From Spirochaetota bacterium (GTDB taxonomy: Bacteria > Spirochaetota > Brevinematia > DTOW01): a stretch of 64,000 nt of DNA. Position 1 is the first letter of the stretch. Each line of letters opens with the position of its first letter. Shown in pieces: positions 20,085 to 29,589 of this stretch. The position numbers and the translations under genes are program-made. The stretch spans positions 33,181 to 97,180 of the forward strand of contig JANXAC010000006.1 in the NCBI GenBank assembly GCA_025061835.1, given 5' to 3'. The notes beneath the pieces were generated by a model, which did no database searches, was not told the DNA's origin, and was given only the letters and a program-made list of their open reading frames with translations.

Positions 20085-20378
20085 CTACTGTTTTTTCTTT
20101 TTGTCGCTTTTAAACATAGCAAGCATTCTATCTGCGATGAAATATCCACCAACAACATTAACAGTCCCCATCACAAGGGCTATAACTGCTAGAACGGTCG
20201 TTAGTATTGTAGTTGCTGTTCCCGTAACTTCAATAGCACTAACAACCATAATTGAAGCCATAGCATGTGATGCAACAACAAGAGGAGTATGCAAAATAGG
20301 CGGAACTTTCGTTATTACTTCAAACCCTATTACCAGTGCCAAAACAAATAGAATTATCGCTGCAATTATAGGATCCAT
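20085..20378 (-). CDS. pntA: NAD(P) transhydrogenase subunit alpha part 2 (membrane)
   Basis: 97-aa all-helical membrane protein between the pntA1-like and pntB genes. Confidence 0.75.
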   Translation of the reverse strand: MDPIIAAIILFVLALVIGFEVITKVPPILHTPLVVASHAMASIMVVSAIEVTGTATTILTTVLAVIALVMGTVNVVGGYFIADRMLAMFKSDKKKKQ

Positions 20379-20387
20379 AAAAACCTC

Positions 20388-21536
20388 CTATGATTGACCT
20401 AATGCCTTTTTAACAAGTGGATGAACAACCTCTCCATCTTTCGTAACCAAAGTCCCAGATATTATTTCATCACTTAAGTCTATGTTAAGTTTTCCATCCT
20501 TCACAATTATAGACAGGAAGTTCTTTACATTATTTGAATACATCTGACTTGCGTGAACTGGAACTGTACTTGGTAAATTAACAAGACCTGCTATCTTTAC
20601 GCCGTTATAGTCATATACCTCACCAGGTTTTGTTAATTCACAATTTCCTCCTTTCTCCGCTGCTAGATCTATTATCACACTACCCTTTTTCATTCTCTCA
20701 ACCATTTCTTTCGTGATGAGTATAGGTGCTTTTTTACCTGGGACAGAAGCGGTTGAGATAACAACATCACTATACTCTAAAACTTTCATCATCATCTCTC
20801 TCTGTTTTTGGTAAAATTCTTCTGACATTGCTTTAGCATACCCAGATTTATCACTAGCATTCTGTGTCTCAAGCCCAAGTTCAATAAATTTACCACCTAC
20901 ACTTTGGACTTGCTCCTTAACCTCAGGTCTAACATCATACGCTTCAACAACTGCTCCGAGTCTCTTTGCTGTAGCAATCGCTTGAAGCCCCGCAACTCCA
21001 GCACCTATTACAAAAACCTTTGCGGACATGAGATTACCAGCAGCAGTCATAAACATAGGAAAAACCTTTGGCAGGAGTTCTCCTGCTATCAAAACTGCTT
21101 TGTATCCAGCTATTGTAGCCATTGAACTTAAAACATCCATACTCTGCGCTCTTGTTATTCTAGGAATAAGTTCTAAAGAGAAAGAGATAACACCCCTTTC
21201 AGCAAACATTTTAGCAATTTCGGGATTAGCAAGAGGTTCCGTCATACCAATTACAACCGTATCTTTCTTCATCTTCTGAATATCGGAAATATTGTTGGTA
21301 TCAGCCCCTGGAGCTCTCACATAGGTTATGATACTAGAAGAATCAAGTATTTCGCTTCTACTGACTACTCTAGCACCAGCAGTTTCGTATTCTTGGTCTG
21401 AGTAATACGCGCCCTCACCAGCACCTTTTTCAACATAAACTTCTAAACCTAATTTTTTTATTGAGGATACAACTTGAGGTATTAGCGATACTCGCTTTTC
21501 ATTAGGGAAAGTCTCTTTCATTACTCCTAGAATCAT
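20388..21536 (-). CDS. pntA: NAD(P) transhydrogenase subunit alpha part 1 (AlaDH/PNT domain)
   Basis: Alanine dehydrogenase/PNT fold with Rossmann GAGVAGL. 382 aa. Confidence 0.85.
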   Translation of the reverse strand: MILGVMKETFPNEKRVSLIPQVVSSIKKLGLEVYVEKGAGEGAYYSDQEYETAGARVVSRSEILDSSSIITYVRAPGADTNNISDIQKMKKDTVVIGMTEPLANPEIAKMFAERGVISFSLELIPRITRAQSMDVLSSMATIAGYKAVLIAGELLPKVFPMFMTAAGNLMSAKVFVIGAGVAGLQAIATAKRLGAVVEAYDVRPEVKEQVQSVGGKFIELGLETQNASDKSGYAKAMSEEFYQKQREMMMKVLEYSDVVISTASVPGKKAPILITKEMVERMKKGSVIIDLAAEKGGNCELTKPGEVYDYNGVKIAGLVNLPSTVPVHASQMYSNNVKNFLSIIVKDGKLNIDLSDEIISGTLVTKDGEVVHPLVKKALGQS

Positions 21537-21723
21537 ACAACTTACTCCTAACCACCGAAGTAATCGTAAGTTTAAATGAAGATGTTTGAGTATGTAAAAT
21601 TTTACAATTGAGTCAACTGCAAAAAACTAACCTGGAATTCCAACTATCCGATTTTTACATTACAAAAGAATAGCAATCATAATTTATGATGTTATTTGAA
21701 CAATACGAAAATTATTATAACTT

Positions 21724-23355
21724 ATGGAACTCCTCATAGCATTACAGATAGCATTAATAATAGCAACGATAGGTTATTTCATTCTTAACTCTCTATCAAA
21801 GGACCAGCATAAGATAATCAATGAACTGAAGGACAAAGGTAATTACGAGGAAGCTCTAAAGAGACTTTTAAAGATGTTTCAGAGGAATAAGGATGATGTA
21901 AGGGTGATATATGAACTTGGTGAAGTCAATAGACTCCTAAAGAACAACCTTGAAGCAATCGGATATTACTTACAGCTTATAGAAAAGGATGCTTTCCCAC
22001 CAATAACCACCAAAGGAGAAGTTTTGAAACAAGTAGGTCTCCTCTTCCTACAAGAAAAAAAAGTTCAAGAAGCATTTTACTATCTATACTATGCATCCTA
22101 TTTTCTGCCAGCAGATAAGGATATCAATTACTCACTTTTTAGAATACTATTTGAAGAGGAAAACTTTCAATTAGCAGACACTTTCGGGCAGCGTGCTTTG
22201 CCATTCTACAATAAAGACCCTATATTCCTAACAGACTTTGGTGTAACAAAAATAGACCTAGGTAAGTATGGTGAAGCAATTGAGATCCTTGAGAAAGCAC
22301 TAAGTTCTAAAAATGTCAAAACAAGAATTGCTCTAGGCTTTACATTAATCAAACTAGGTGGTTATAGAAGAGCGATAGACATACTAGCACCCATGCTTAC
22401 CGAAGATAATATTCCTAGTTCTGCAGTCTATCTAATCTATAAGATGCTTGTTTATGCAAACATATATCTGAAAAACTTTAACGACACTATGAGATACTGG
22501 GATCAATTCCTCAGTTTTGCTACATCAAAAAATTTAGCGAGTGTGATAAGGGAAATTGGATTTGGAATATTTATGACATACCTCTATTTCTCAAAATATG
22601 AGAGTGCTAAGTCAACACTGGAAACACTCAAGGAATATGATATAAGTGATGCAGTTGTCAATGCTGTCTCAACATTCATAGACGAAGCAATAAAAAATAT
22701 TAACCTTAAGAAGGAGATGAAACCCTACGACTTGAAAGCAATAAAGGAAATTGATAACTATGTAAATTCTTGGTTAAACTCCTCATTGAGAGCAAGGGAG
22801 ATAGTAGATGCTCTATATCCCCGAAAGGAACAAAAAGAAAAGATTAATGTTGTTGAGATTATTAAAAAAGTTCAAGAAGAGATGAACTTACATAATCAGA
22901 AAATTAAGGATCTCATCAGTTCCTCTGCTGGCAGTGGGCTTTCACCCGAGGACGAAGCAGATGTATGCGATATGTTCACAAACCGGCTAGATGAAAAAAC
23001 TTTCGCTTCAATATCTGAAGAGTTGGTCAAGGCTTTAGGGTTCAATATATTAAAAAAGATAGAAACTGAATCATTCCTTGAATCTGAAGGTGTAGATTAT
23101 ATATGCTCAAGATCCAAAGAAAAAGATAGATACTACGTAGCCGTAAGAAGATGGGGTTCCAACGAAATAGGCAAAATAGCGATAGTTGATATAAACCAGA
23201 AGTCAATTGAGAATAATTGTGAGAAGGTTATGATAATTTCATCATCACCTCTCACTAACGAAGCACAAGATTATGTAGAAAAAAACAGTAGAATAGAATT
23301 CAAGACCTGCAAGGAGCTAGCCGGAATAATCAAGGCTGTTATCTCTTCTGTTTAA
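21724..23355 (+). CDS. membrane-anchored TPR-repeat protein with C-terminal Mrr-like (restriction-endonuclease fold) domain
   Basis: N-terminal TM helix, about 350 aa of TPR-like helices. C-terminal block DYICSRSKEKDRYYVAVRRWGSNEIGKIAI...KVMIISSSPLTNEAQDYV...IEFKTCKELAGII resembles the Mrr_cat core. Confidence 0.4.
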   Translation: MELLIALQIALIIATIGYFILNSLSKDQHKIINELKDKGNYEEALKRLLKMFQRNKDDVRVIYELGEVNRLLKNNLEAIGYYLQLIEKDAFPPITTKGEVLKQVGLLFLQEKKVQEAFYYLYYASYFLPADKDINYSLFRILFEEENFQLADTFGQRALPFYNKDPIFLTDFGVTKIDLGKYGEAIEILEKALSSKNVKTRIALGFTLIKLGGYRRAIDILAPMLTEDNIPSSAVYLIYKMLVYANIYLKNFNDTMRYWDQFLSFATSKNLASVIREIGFGIFMTYLYFSKYESAKSTLETLKEYDISDAVVNAVSTFIDEAIKNINLKKEMKPYDLKAIKEIDNYVNSWLNSSLRAREIVDALYPRKEQKEKINVVEIIKKVQEEMNLHNQKIKDLISSSAGSGLSPEDEADVCDMFTNRLDEKTFASISEELVKALGFNILKKIETESFLESEGVDYICSRSKEKDRYYVAVRRWGSNEIGKIAIVDINQKSIENNCEKVMIISSSPLTNEAQDYVEKNSRIEFKTCKELAGIIKAVISSV

Positions 23356-24753
23356 TCCGTATTTTTCCATTTTTGATATTAATGTTTTTCTAGTAATTCC
23401 TAGTATTCTAGACGCTCTTGATTTGTTGCCGTTAACAAACTTTAAAGTTTCCTCAATAACATTCTTTTCAATCTCATCAAGACTTTTACCTATCTCTATA
23501 ACTAGTATATGCTTTTGGGGATCAAGGAAGTTCTGTTTCCTATCATAATGTTGAACAGTAAATACCTTTGGTGCCATGAGTTTGGTTCTGTAATGTGGAG
23601 GAATACATTCAGATTGTAAATACTCCTTATTGCATATTATAACTGAACTCTCTATAAAGTTTTGTAATTCTCTTACATTTCCAGGCCATGAGTAGTTCAT
23701 AATTATATCCATAAGTTCATTAGATATACCATTTATTTTCTTGTTATAAGTTTCCGAATATAGTGATAGAAAATAGTTTGCTAAAACTGGAATATCAACT
23801 TTTCTTTGCCTCAAAGGTGGTATATGTATAGTTATTATGTTTATTCTATAGAACAAATCCTCTCTGAAACTACCTTTTCTCACATCTTCCTCTAGGTTTC
23901 TGTTGGTTGCAGCAATAATCCTAACATTTACCTTTATATCCTCCTCACCACCAACTCTTTGAAACTCCTTCTCTTGTAGGACTCTAAGTAAAGCCACCTG
24001 TAATTTAGGAGATACTTCTCCTATCTCATCAAGGAATATTGTTCCACCATCTGCCAGTTCAAACCTACCCTTTCTCCTATTCACTGCACCTGTGAATGCA
24101 CCTTTTTCATGCCCAAATAACTCAGCTTCTAGTAGTGTTTCCGGAATGCTACCACAGTTTACCTTAATGAAAGGCCCCTCTCTTCTAGGACTTAAAGCAT
24201 GAATAGCGTTCGCTATCAACTCCTTACCAGTCCCAGACTCTCCTGTAATCAAAACAGTAGCATCAGTTCCAGCAACTCTCCTTATCAAGTCTTTTATCTG
24301 CTTAATCTCCTCACTTTCGCCTATTATAGCGTCTAGATAATCTTTAGGCAACAAAGATTTTTGCTTGTTCTTCTCTATGAGACTTTTCCTTATATCTAAT
24401 GCTTTCTCTACTGATGTAATGAGTTTATCAACATCAGGCGGCTTAAGAAAGTAATCAAAAGCACCCTGTTTCGTTAAATTGACTGCTTCTTCAACGGAAC
24501 CATACGCAGTCAAAATTATCACTGGAAGGAATGGGTCTGTTTTGGAAACAATTTTTAGAAACTCATACCCATTCATATTAGGCATCTTTAAGTCAAGTAT
24601 AACCAGATCTACTTTGTCAGTGTTTATTCTTCTTACACCCTCTTGTCCATCACTTGCTAGGATGACATTATAACCTTCAAGTTCAAAAATCGTTTTAATG
24701 CCCTCTCTTATCTTTTGTTCATCGTCTATTACTAGAATAGTTTCCTTTGGCAT
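23317..24753 (-). CDS. sigma-54-dependent response regulator (NtrC family: REC-AAA+-Fis HTH)
   Basis: Receiver domain (VIDDEQ...D...K), Walker A GESGTGKE, GAFTGA motif, C-terminal HTH. Start moved to MPKETILV, 8 bp after the upstream gene. Confidence 0.85.
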   Translation of the reverse strand: MPKETILVIDDEQKIREGIKTIFELEGYNVILASDGQEGVRRINTDKVDLVILDLKMPNMNGYEFLKIVSKTDPFLPVIILTAYGSVEEAVNLTKQGAFDYFLKPPDVDKLITSVEKALDIRKSLIEKNKQKSLLPKDYLDAIIGESEEIKQIKDLIRRVAGTDATVLITGESGTGKELIANAIHALSPRREGPFIKVNCGSIPETLLEAELFGHEKGAFTGAVNRRKGRFELADGGTIFLDEIGEVSPKLQVALLRVLQEKEFQRVGGEEDIKVNVRIIAATNRNLEEDVRKGSFREDLFYRINIITIHIPPLRQRKVDIPVLANYFLSLYSETYNKKINGISNELMDIIMNYSWPGNVRELQNFIESSVIICNKEYLQSECIPPHYRTKLMAPKVFTVQHYDRKQNFLDPQKHILVIEIGKSLDEIEKNVIEETLKFVNGNKSRASRILGITRKTLISKMEKYGLNRRDNSLDYSG

Positions 24754-24760
24754 AATGAGA

Positions 24761-25246
24761 CTAGTAGTCTTCAAATAAAGTAGGTATAGCACCTGATAGT
24801 TTATTATACTTCTCCATTAGGTCTGGATTCTCTTGTGAAAACTTCTGAAGCAGTTGATAGTTCTTAACAGAGTAGTTTTCAAACTCCTCAAGGTTTAAAC
24901 CATACTTTGATAGTAGTTCTACCTTCTTCGTAGTTCTGTAGTTTTCCAGAATCTCCGATGAAATATTAGTCCCCGAAGACATAAGTTCTTTAGTCCAGAA
25001 ATAATTACTTACAGTAAGTATGGCATTTAACTCCACAAATGTCCTTGGTGTTAGTGTGATCTTTTTAGGTTCTCTAGCTTCAGAGACTATACTGTTAAGT
25101 AAATTGCTAATTTCATCTTCTAGTTCCTTACCTACTTTGTCCTCCGATGTCTGACAACTTAAAATGAAAGTAACAACTATTATCACAAAATAACTAAAAT
25201 TCCTTATGCTTCTCATACTTGTTGTTAATAATATACGAAAACACAA
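24761..25246 (-). CDS. hypothetical small lipoprotein
   Basis: Hydrophobic N-terminus with lipobox-like ILSC. Sits immediately upstream of the sigma-54 regulator, a likely operon. Confidence 0.4.
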   Translation of the reverse strand: MCFRILLTTSMRSIRNFSYFVIIVVTFILSCQTSEDKVGKELEDEISNLLNSIVSEAREPKKITLTPRTFVELNAILTVSNYFWTKELMSSGTNISSEILENYRTTKKVELLSKYGLNLEEFENYSVKNYQLLQKFSQENPDLMEKYNKLSGAIPTLFEDY

Positions 25247-25730
25247 ACCAGATTCAATTCTGTTTGCTAAAATCTTGTTATTCCTAAATCCAAAAGAACA
25301 GATAAAAATCTACATAACAGTGTTATTAGTGAAGTTAGATATTAAGTTGTTGATTCAAACTTGCCTAGCCTATTATATTTGAATTACCTGTATAAACAAC
25401 CTATTGTTATGAACTTTCATCAATCAGTATATGACCTGATTATACTAAAATTCTCCTCATACATACCTATTGCAGTTATGTTTTTATTAACCCTATGAAA
25501 TGAGATTACAAGATTAGTTAAAGAAGCAAAATTACGTAAGCGCACCGCATATCCCGTTGATGATATTGTCCAGTCATTAGTCATAGTAGGGTTTTAGAAT
25601 TGAGATAATGGATTGATTGTCTAGATATGTTTCTACTCGTTTTCTACAGCCTCTAGTTTACGCTATTTGCGTAGAGTACTACATATCCCTCATAATTTAC
25701 AGCACATCAATTTGCTTACTGGAGGATCAA

Positions 25731-26369
25731 ATGGAGATAGAAGTTTTAGGGTTAGATGGTTCAGTGAAAAAGAAGATAAAAGTTGATGATAGGATATTCG
25801 GGCTTGAATATAACAATGACCTAGTTTATAAGGCTCTTATAGTAGAGTTGTCAAATGCTAGACAGGGAACTGCATCCACAAAAACCAGAGGAGAAGTAAG
25901 TGGCGGTGGAAGAAAACCTTGGAGACAGAAAGGAACAGGAAGAGCAAGACACGGTTCAATCAGGTCTCCGATATGGGTAGGTGGAGGTATCGCTCACGGT
26001 CCTAAACCTAGAGATTATTCAATGTCAATACCTAAAGCGATGAAAAGAAAAGCATACTTTACGATACTATCAGCAAAGACAAGAGATAAGGATCTATTGG
26101 TCGTTGAAGATTTCTCGCTTGACAGAATAAAAACAAAGGACTTTGTTAGCAAATTCTCAAAAATTCTTGCTAGACTAACAGGCGGTTATGGATTACTGAT
26201 CCTACCATCTCACGATAAGAATATACACTTGTCTTCCAGAAACCTACCAAACCTAAAGGTTCTACCTTATAATCAGTTAAACATTAAGGATCTATTCTAT
26301 TCAAACAAAGTCTTCTTCTTAGAGAGTGCTATAAAGAAATACGAAGAAATGTATCTACAGAAAGTTTAA
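25731..26369 (+). CDS. rplD: 50S ribosomal protein L4 (uL4)
   Basis: SGGGRKPWRQKGTGRARHGSIRSPIWVGGGIAHGPKPRDYS core. Start at MEIEVLG with GGAGGA SD 7 nt upstream. Isolated from any S10-operon context. Confidence 0.85.
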   Translation: MEIEVLGLDGSVKKKIKVDDRIFGLEYNNDLVYKALIVELSNARQGTASTKTRGEVSGGGRKPWRQKGTGRARHGSIRSPIWVGGGIAHGPKPRDYSMSIPKAMKRKAYFTILSAKTRDKDLLVVEDFSLDRIKTKDFVSKFSKILARLTGGYGLLILPSHDKNIHLSSRNLPNLKVLPYNQLNIKDLFYSNKVFFLESAIKKYEEMYLQKV

Positions 26370-26385
26370 GTTTGGTTTCCTTGCT

Positions 26386-27294
26386 ATGTCCTACGAGAGC
26401 CAAATTAAATACTTTTTGAGAGATGATGAGGCAGTAGGGTTTAACTATGAGTTTGGAATTAAGGAGATAATATACAGAGAGAAGAGTAATTTTCAGCTAA
26501 TTGAAATTGTTGATACCGTTCCTTTCGGCAGAGCACTCATAACAGATAGTATAGTAATGATAACGGAAATGGATGAATTCATATATCATGAAATGATGAC
26601 ACATGTTCCAATGAGTCTCGTTGAAAAACCTAGAAAAGTCTTGGTAATAGGTGGGGGAGATGGTGGTTGCGTTAGAGAACTTTCAAAGTATCCATCTCTT
26701 GAAAGAATAGACCTAGTTGAGATAGATGAGAGAATCATAGATATTACCCAGAAGTATATGAATACTTGGAAAGGTACAAACTTTAACATCCTAAACACTT
26801 ACATAGAAGATGGTTTCAAATTCATTCAAAGGACTAACGAAAAGTATGATGTGATAATACTTGATATTACTGCACCTGTTGATATTGCGATTGATCTTTA
26901 TTCAAAAACGAGTTTTGGAAGAGTAGTGTCAAGACTTACAGATGAAGGTGTTTTCGTAATACAATCTGAGTCAGTATTTATCACACCTAATGTGGCAAAG
27001 CACATTTTGAGACAGGTCAGGGATTTGGTTAGATTTTCATCCGTATATTCAGTTTACGTTCCATCCTTCATAAACCCTTGGAGTTTTGTTATAGGCTCAA
27101 AAGTCAACAAGCCTGATATACCAAAATATGAGAATATTGACTACTCAAAGGTCAAATTCTACACTAAAGAAATACATACCTCATCATTCGCATTACCGAA
27201 ATTCTTAAAAGACTTCTTTGATAAAGAAGATGATGTAAAAAATTTACTTGATAGGAGTATTGTAAGAACACTACTAGGTCAAGAAGTAGGTTAA
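26386..27294 (+). CDS. speE: spermidine synthase
   Basis: VLVIGGGDGG AdoMet-fold motif and spermidine synthase N-terminal tetramerisation region. 302 aa. Confidence 0.85.
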   Translation: MSYESQIKYFLRDDEAVGFNYEFGIKEIIYREKSNFQLIEIVDTVPFGRALITDSIVMITEMDEFIYHEMMTHVPMSLVEKPRKVLVIGGGDGGCVRELSKYPSLERIDLVEIDERIIDITQKYMNTWKGTNFNILNTYIEDGFKFIQRTNEKYDVIILDITAPVDIAIDLYSKTSFGRVVSRLTDEGVFVIQSESVFITPNVAKHILRQVRDLVRFSSVYSVYVPSFINPWSFVIGSKVNKPDIPKYENIDYSKVKFYTKEIHTSSFALPKFLKDFFDKEDDVKNLLDRSIVRTLLGQEVG

Positions 27295-27593
27295 AATATC
27301 CTAGTTACGTTTAGCCAACCTAAAGATGTTTTGAATTTCTTTCTTAAGCCATCAGGAAAATGACAAATAGTGAGACTGTGAAGGGATAAAAAAATTAATT
27401 AAGGTTATCATGTTGAAAATGTTATCATATGTTAATTTTCATTAGTTCTAGACTTCAATGTGCTCAACTTGTACCAATGATATCGTAAAAACATTCAACC
27501 TAGATGAATGCCATTTAATCCTGACAGTGAAAACTAAATAATAGAGTCAATACTCTTGTAATGATAGAAGTTTGTATCCCCTCAGAGTTAGTC

Positions 27594-27611
27594 AAGGGGC
27601 AAAAGCCCCTT
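27594..27611 (-). terminator. GC-rich hairpin directly after the stop of the 27617-29119 gene
   Basis: AAGGGGC-AAAA-GCCCCTT, 7-bp stem and 4-nt loop, 6 nt past the stop codon. Downstream U-tract is weak. Confidence 0.3.
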
Positions 27612-27616
27612 TGAGG

Positions 27617-29119
27617 TTAGAACCTTACTACTAGACTTAAACTACCTCCAAGCCCTCTCAATCCGAAATCCGGTATCATAGAAGAAGTAAATATACTTGA
27701 ATCAAACTCGTTTCCGAATGTATCATAAGCCCTTATCCAATTATAGACTGGTATTGTATATTTGTATCCAGCATTTACTGATAATCCGACATATTTTGAG
27801 AATAAAAGTTCCAGAGTTAGACCTCCGGTGAAACCCAATGAGAATGTGGTGAGATAGAAGTCAAGGTAATACCACCACCATCCGATACTGCCAAGGTAGG
27901 TAAATGAACCTAGTAAATCAATTCCTACATACGGCTTTATTTTGAAGTTTCTCAAGTATATGGAGTAGTTAAATAGAATATCTAAAGTCAAAGTGAATGG
28001 TGATGCAAAAACAAGAGATATATCAACTTGTGGTTCAAAGAAAGCAAAACTACCATCATCTATTCCTGATATTCCTAAAACGAAAGCATTTCCATCTCTA
28101 AGCCTATTCCATTTGTCTTCAAAGTAGCTGATAAGGTATGGGTCTTGGGGAGGAGCATAGTCAATTTGTTGTAATCCAAAGAACAGCCTGAATATAAGAC
28201 CTCTTCTAAGCGAGTCTGTCAATTGAACACCAAGTTTAGGGTCACCAAAGATTGGTATAACTTCACTGTAATCTTCTTTTGCATCAACTACTCTAACGAG
28301 TCCTGTAACTTCTCTCACAGTTCTGGTCTTCCCTCCTATCGTCAAAGTTTTAGTTTCCACGATATCAAGCTCAAGTCCAGGAGTGATATCAAAGTTTCTA
28401 CCAAGTTCAGTGTATAATTTACCACCACTAGTATCAACTATGGTTGTATAGAGTTTGAATTTCTCTACTCCTCTCAACTGATATTTTATTTCTTGAAGCA
28501 CTTCATCAACTGCCATAACTATTGTTTCTTCTCTTGTTAGATTCCTACCTCTTATACCAGTTATCATCTCAATTAACTGGCTACTCCTACCGGAAACTGT
28601 TTTTGTGATATCTATAACATGGAATATCTTACCTTCGGCAGGGTCAAAAAACTTCAGAGACAATCCTAAAGTGACAACATAAAATGACTCAAAACCTTCG
28701 TATCTTAGCTCTGCACCGAATGTTTTTATATTTGGTACAACTATCGTGTAAGAATTGACAAGTCGCTCTAGCATATCTGGTGTTAAAGTTATTGTACCCC
28801 ACTTAGGATCAACAAACTTCTCTGCTTTTGTTATTTTTTGCTGTTGTAGTTCAGCCACTCTAGCCATGAACTTCTCAAGATTTCCCTCAGAAAACCTAAA
28901 CTCAAAACCTTTAACATTGAACCTTTTCATCGTTGAGAAGAGATTAACTATACCATCATCAAGTTTATTAACTATGTTTGGTGGTATATCCCATGTATAG
29001 TATGATGCAAAGATTGATACATCCTGTTGTTCTGATATCTTTACATTACCTTTAGGTTGCGAAAAACCTAATACTGTTATGAAAGATATTATTGAAAAAA
29101 CTACCAAAAGTTTTCTCAT
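27617..29119 (-). CDS. outer-membrane protein (periplasmic N-domain + C-terminal beta-barrel)
   Basis: Signal peptide. C-terminal about 150 aa of alternating G/Y/F/L strands ending ...SLSLVVRF (aromatic C-terminal residue). Confidence 0.5.
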   Translation of the reverse strand: MRKLLVVFSIISFITVLGFSQPKGNVKISEQQDVSIFASYYTWDIPPNIVNKLDDGIVNLFSTMKRFNVKGFEFRFSEGNLEKFMARVAELQQQKITKAEKFVDPKWGTITLTPDMLERLVNSYTIVVPNIKTFGAELRYEGFESFYVVTLGLSLKFFDPAEGKIFHVIDITKTVSGRSSQLIEMITGIRGRNLTREETIVMAVDEVLQEIKYQLRGVEKFKLYTTIVDTSGGKLYTELGRNFDITPGLELDIVETKTLTIGGKTRTVREVTGLVRVVDAKEDYSEVIPIFGDPKLGVQLTDSLRRGLIFRLFFGLQQIDYAPPQDPYLISYFEDKWNRLRDGNAFVLGISGIDDGSFAFFEPQVDISLVFASPFTLTLDILFNYSIYLRNFKIKPYVGIDLLGSFTYLGSIGWWWYYLDFYLTTFSLGFTGGLTLELLFSKYVGLSVNAGYKYTIPVYNWIRAYDTFGNEFDSSIFTSSMIPDFGLRGLGGSLSLVVRF

Positions 29120-29189
29120 AGAAGCCTCCTTTTAAGACGATTACAATAATAATATTACCTAGAACAAGTTTCAAGTATTTTCAGAAGTT

Positions 29190-29242
29190 GTCAATAAAGT
29201 CTAAAATTTTTTGTGAGATGATTCATAAAATAGTTTAAGGTT
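29190..29242. repeat. conserved 52-bp intergenic element, copy A
   Basis: tcaataaagtctaaaattttttgtgagatgattcataaaatagtttaaggtt is about 50/52 identical to 63738-63789. Contains two TAAAAT boxes 21 bp apart. Confidence 0.7.
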
Positions 29243-29589
29243 ATGGAGATGGATATTTTTAGTATATCACACCTATCGCTCCTCTGTTTTCTTTCTTTTC
29301 TCTTTCTTTTCAAAACAACACCAAAAGGAGGTGATATGATGTGAGGAGAGATGATATGCAACATATACGAGAGGACAAGAAGATTGTGAAATACCTTAAC
29401 AGGTATCTAGAGAACAATGAAAACAGACTTGTAGTTATTTGCTAGAGCAACACTTGATAGGCACTAAAAGCATTAACTATACCCAAATAACTCTCAAATT
29501 TTGGAATTTATTGTCATTTTCACTGAAAACTTGAACTACAATTTGAGATTGGATTAAAATTTTCAAAATGTTAGGTTTAGGAGGCTCTT

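Noticed and set aside
23317-23355. 39-bp overlap of the convergent 3' ends of the TPR-Mrr gene and the sigma-54 regulator as evidence of a mis-called gene
   Set aside because: Both ORFs have strong domain support up to their stops. Convergent terminal overlaps of this size occur in compact genomes.
27295-27616. Direct repeat GTTATCATNTG x2 and TTAAGGTTAT 10-mer shared with the 52-bp element
   Set aside because: Only a 9-10-nt match. Expected by chance a few times in 64 kb of AT-rich sequence.
29356-29445. 29-codon ORF (MQHIREDKKIVKYLNRYLENNENRLVVIC) with strong SD in the frr leader as a real protein gene
   Set aside because: Its weak similarity to the B-locus is explained by 5'-leader nucleotide similarity. 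It is more plausibly a regulatory uORF than a functional protein, so it was kept only as part of the leader finding.
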